DNA of 64,000 bases. It comes from Trichoplax sp. H2. Lineage: Eukaryota. This document shows, piece after piece, positions 59,501 through 64,000 of the stretch. The notes beneath the pieces are model-generated. The model saw only the letters and a program-made list of their open reading frames with translations. It made no database searches and was not told where the DNA came from. A program made the translations under genes and the position numbers. The stretch is taken from assembly GCA_003344405.1 (NCBI GenBank), contig NOWV01000161.1, forward strand, positions 1 through 64,000. Reading direction: 5' to 3'. Within the stretch, counting starts at the first letter, position 1; every line of letters starts with the position of its first letter.

Positions 59501-60683
59501 GAGCAAGTAGTCGTAACGGGCAACAATAAATTGCTTTTTCTGCTTTAAAAAATTTATGCAATGCATGGTACGTTTTTCCACTATTCGTCGGACCAGCATG
59601 GTAAATAATTTTACGCGGAGCGATATTTCTAGCTTCTTGGTACCTTAAATGAGATGATACTTTCATGAATTTATATATATTAATAGAAATGACGATATAT
59701 TTATATAATTATTTCCCCTTCTTACCAAGATACAGGAGAACGAAAGTTACTATGATATAATAGATCCTTAATACAACCGATTAAAGGGTATTCTTTTTTA
59801 GCATATTTTAAAAAATAAGGCCAAAGCGCCATCACCTTATCTAGGAAATAAGTTGCATACAATGCAGAAAGTTAACAAATTACCATTTCTTTTCTAGTAA
59901 ATACCTTAGGCAAGTAGAAAACATATTAAAGTAGTCTAGCAGTATTATTTATATCAGTATTATCGATTTATGAACTAGGAAATACATCATAATTACAACA
60001 GTAGATACACCATGCTGATTATAATTATAAGGCTGTATATCAAATTAGACAAAGTTACACATAGAATGTTTACCTTCACCATTACGTACGCGGATGAATG
60101 TTTCATTTAATTCACGATTATTTTTAGAGATAGCTTTACTGCGGAACTTCCGAGCGACTTTAGCAAGCAAATCATCTACCGAAGAAGATGAAATCATAAA
60201 TGGATAACTACCACCTATTTAGCTATTTGGTTTAGCTATTATTCTTCTAATGAATTAATCTAGCGATACAATGTCAAAATAGCTAGATTACATATATGAA
60301 CGGAACGTATGGATTTTACAACCTTCAATTTTATGAACTTTTAATTTATGTTTAAATCCATTATCTTTATACAATTCCTTGAGCAATAATTTAATTGCTG
60401 AATCTACACATAGATAACATAAAAAGACAAATAATGGTCATACTTAAAACATTCATTAAAAATCAATTTTGCAGTTAGGAATACAAGACATGGCTGACAT
60501 ACTATTCAATGGTACAGTTGAATTAAGCTTTCTTCCTTGTTTGTTGTCTTTACCATCACCATCGCTGCAATAGCGACGGACTGATGATAGTAAACCATTT
60601 ACACTTGGCGAGAATACAAATTTGCTTCTGTGATAAAGTTGATGTGATAGTTGAATACTTGATACAAGTTGTGATAACCTCAT
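56566..60683 (-). CDS. SUPV3L1: Mitochondrial RNA helicase SUV3, multi-exon
   Basis: Ser/Arg-rich presequence, [68 protein letters not shown]. Confidence 0.95.
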
Positions 60684-61397
60684 GTTGGCTTATTTGAAGT
60701 AAAAGAAACAGAATTAAGGCTCAGGTTAGTTGAAAAAAATCAATTTTGCAAGCAATTGCCTGACTATTTTACGTATGGTATAGTATACCAACCTCCGCAT
60801 GTAATTTCACTCGATATCCAGAGAAGAAGGAGCTATAAAATGATCCCTATGGAAAAGAAATGAGTATAGTCTATTTCTGCAACTAATACAGTAGCAATAT
60901 TTGCATAGAGTCAATGCAGCTCTAATTTATTTGTAATCGTAACTCGCATTCGCTAGTCAATCGATAGCATCAACATGCAGAAATCGAGCTCAAATCAAAA
61001 CAGCTTGATGGATAACAGTTTTAATTGCATTATAGCAATAAAAAAAATGGCAAATGTAATGTTAATATGTTAACATCATTGATTAGATACTATCAGCTGA
61101 GCTCTCACTACTTAAATGGATACGACTGCCATAATATTTTCAACAGCTTTTTTCTTGACTTGTTGGAGATGGATCGTTAATGCAAGCTAAGCCTTCTTGG
61201 GGCCGGTTGCTCAAAATTAGGTAATTGCAGTACACGATGTCTAGACTCTGCAGGTATTTGATCTTTTACCTGAATAACAGTACAGTGTACAGTGTACAGT
61301 ACTCGGACCGCCAGGCTCAGACTACTGTACACTGTAGCCACACTGTACAGTACACTGTACTGTTCAATCTCGTACCCGTACAGTACAGTACAGTACC

Positions 61398-62100
61398 GTA
61401 TGTGGAAGAGCAGTACGGGTACTTGTACTGTACTTGCGTATACGCACATGTACTGGTCTCATTCAGACAGACAGAGGAACAGAATCTGTTCAATTACTGT
61501 ACAGTATGTGGGAGAGCTACACCTGTCGAAGGTTTGGTTCTAGCACGGGTACTTGTACTGGTCTCATTCAGACAAACAGAGGAACAGAATCTGTTCCATT
61601 ACTCGTATGTGGAAGAAAAGACCAGCACGGGTACTTGTACTGGTCTCATTCAGATATACAGAGTAACAGAATCTATTCAATTACTCGTATAATCGTACAG
61701 TATGTGGAAGAAAAGAGCAGCACGGGTACTTGTACTGGTCTCATTCAGATAGACAGAGGAACAGAATCTGTTCAATTACTCGTATAGTCGTACTGTATGT
61801 GGAAGAAAAGAGCAGCACTGGTCTCATTCAGACAGACAGACGAACAGAATCTGTTCAATTACTCGTATGTGGAAGAAAAGAGCAGCACTTGTACCTCTAC
61901 AGTACTAGTCTGATTCTGTACAGTGCCATACTGTACTGTACACTGTACACTGTACAGTACTGTAAAGTACTCATGTTCGTGTGCGGACAGACAGAGGTGC
62001 AGACTTTCACAATAAATCGCTGGTAACCTGTACTGGTCTCATTCGGTACAGTACAGTACTCATGTTCGTTCGCAGACAGACAGAAGAACAGACTTGCGCA
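61398..62100. repeat. Tandem array (~83-104-bp units, 5 clear copies plus a decayed tail) between SUV3 and RNPC3
   Basis: Core (GT)ACTGGTCTCATTCAGA...GAACAGAATCTGTTC at ~61450, 61554, 61637, 61732, 61816. Confidence 0.92.
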
Positions 62101-62407
62101 ATAAATCGCGCAAAAAAGCTATCACCCTTTTCGAGCATTTATTCAGTTAAAGCAACAAAAAAGCCCTCATAACGATGTGAAGAAGGTGACAGCTATTTTA
62201 CACCGGATGGATTTCTGCATCTCTGAAATCCCTCTCCTGGAATATTAAGGCTAAGTTAGTCAGGAGTTGCACTGGAGCTACTAAAGCTGCTGCATCCCCC
62301 TCTGTCTTGCTAAAATGTGCAAATTAAACGGTAATTAGAGAGATCGGGATTCTATTGAAAGCTTTCCTGTCGTCCTAGCTACCAATATTGATTGCATGCT
62401 ACACATC

Positions 62408-63918
62408 ATGACCAACTGCGAACTGTTGATACGCTATTTACCATCAATTGCATCTGCAAGTGATATTAAAGAATTGTTATCCAATTTTGGTGCTACACAT
62501 GTCCATTACTTTGGCCAACATGGTAAAATGGTGAGCTAAGCGTGCAATATTTCTAAATGTTAAACTGCACGAGCTGATATCAACTTACCAATAATGCATT
62601 TCTACTTTAAACGAGCCGTAAAACCAGTATTGAACTCTTAGCGATCATGATAGGGATCAATTTCAAGTAGAAGCTTATTCTCTTCATTGATTTGACAATC
62701 GCAATCCTAATCATTACTGTAGAATTATTTCATACAAATGATTATAATTATTATTCGCCTTTGATCCCCATTAGAACGATTTGGAAATCCTGTTTATTCT
62801 TCCATTTTATAATAAATGTTTGTCTTTGATATAGAAAAATTGTGCTATTGCCAAATTCGATAACGAAAATACTGCTAAGCAGGTAAAAAAATTCGGGTCG
62901 ATCTATCTTTCGATGTTAAATTATGTATCATAATAATTGTTATTAAATAATTGTTCGATATACACGTACAGTAAATACTAAAATGCTCACCTTTGAAGTA
63001 AATGAATCAAAGAAACTTAAATTGCTAATAGAAAATATAGCCAATGAATTTATTTTATGTGCTTATTTTCGCATACTACGGCATTATCTGTACTGTAAAC
63101 TAGGCCCTGCAACGACTTCATCAGTTGCAGATTTTCGACCAAAGATTAGTAGCCGTTTATACTACAGAAAAGGCTAGGAGCAATATAAAATCAAGCAAAG
63201 AATCTGTTAGGTAAGTTTAAATTAATTTTCACAAAACGCTGTACCTTAAGTGGTGTAATGACGAATCATCTTTGTATAATTGCTTGTAGTGATCTCGATA
63301 GCGATGATGACAAACACAGTAATACCAAATCTTCCCGAAATTCAAAGACTCAAGATCTATCCAAATCATTGCCTCCTGTAGCTGCTAATCTAGGGTAAAG
63401 TATACATAATTTCTTCAACATGGGATACAAAATGATGTTGTTATAATAGCCTACTCGTACCGTACTTTGGCCATAGATTTAAATATGTAAGATTTAATGT
63501 AGTATTATAATGTGATACCGACTCGTATTGTTGGCTACCGTTTCCTATCAAATGTTCACTAGCGTTATTCGTACTCTTTTTTGGCTAGCCTACAGTATTA
63601 TAATATAAGCTATCTTAACTATAATATTGTGCTTTACAGATTGAACTATCCTTCTCCACCAGACCTACATTACTTATACCCCGAAGCAAACATTATGATA
63701 TTGACTAACATTGTTAATGCTATGCTAGCAGTACCTAAATTCTATACTCAAGTAAGAAACGCCAGTTTGTATAAGCTATAACAATAATAACAATCAGTAA
63801 CGATATTAGATTTGCTGTATTAAATAATCATACATTGCAAAATCAATAGGTTTTACATTTGATGAATAGAATGAATTTGCCTCCACCATTTGCATTTCCA
63901 ACGCCAACCCCTCCTATG
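62408..63918 (+). CDS. RNPC3: RNPC3 (U11/U12-65K minor-spliceosome RRM protein), first 6 exons, 3' partial; alternative in-frame ATG at 62396
   Basis: Spliced translation: LLIRYLP...GKMKNCAIAKF...ALQRLHQL (RRM1), then YLYP...ILTNIVNAMLAVPKFYTQVLHLMNRMNLPPPF. Confidence 0.9.
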
Positions 63919-64000
63919 GTATGTTAAGGATCTTTTCCAAAAATTTTTGGTTCTTAAAACATAGATTCATCAATATACCATAATGTAGACCGAACGAGAT

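Noticed and set aside
61398..61895. CRISPR-like look (palindromic repeat with variable spacers)
   Set aside because: Spacers are homologous to one another, there are no cas genes, and the context is eukaryotic.
61177..62172. Overlapping ORFs of 63-155 aa rich in Y/S/T/V/C
   Set aside because: Translations of TACAG runs and the tandem array.

Overview
AT-rich, intron-dense eukaryotic DNA with compact GT-AG introns, no operons and one 20-N gap. Gene content and style suggest an early-branching animal, probably a placozoan such as Trichoplax; this is inference, not verified. Left to right: two tandem intronless class-A GPCR paralogues (+) in a segmental duplication, where copy 1 carries a Helitron-like insertion and a solo LTR; DDX56 (+); huntingtin (-, about 35 exons, N17 helix but no polyQ); a 6.9-kb divergent spacer with several unrelated tandem arrays, one split by a second solo LTR; MMS19 (+); casein kinase 1 alpha-like (-) with a triplicated tail module; SUV3 (-); a palindromic repeat array; and the 5' part of RNPC3 (+). 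Gene spans were assembled by eye from splice signals and recalled homology; no database searches were run. No CRISPR array, rRNA or tRNA was seen.
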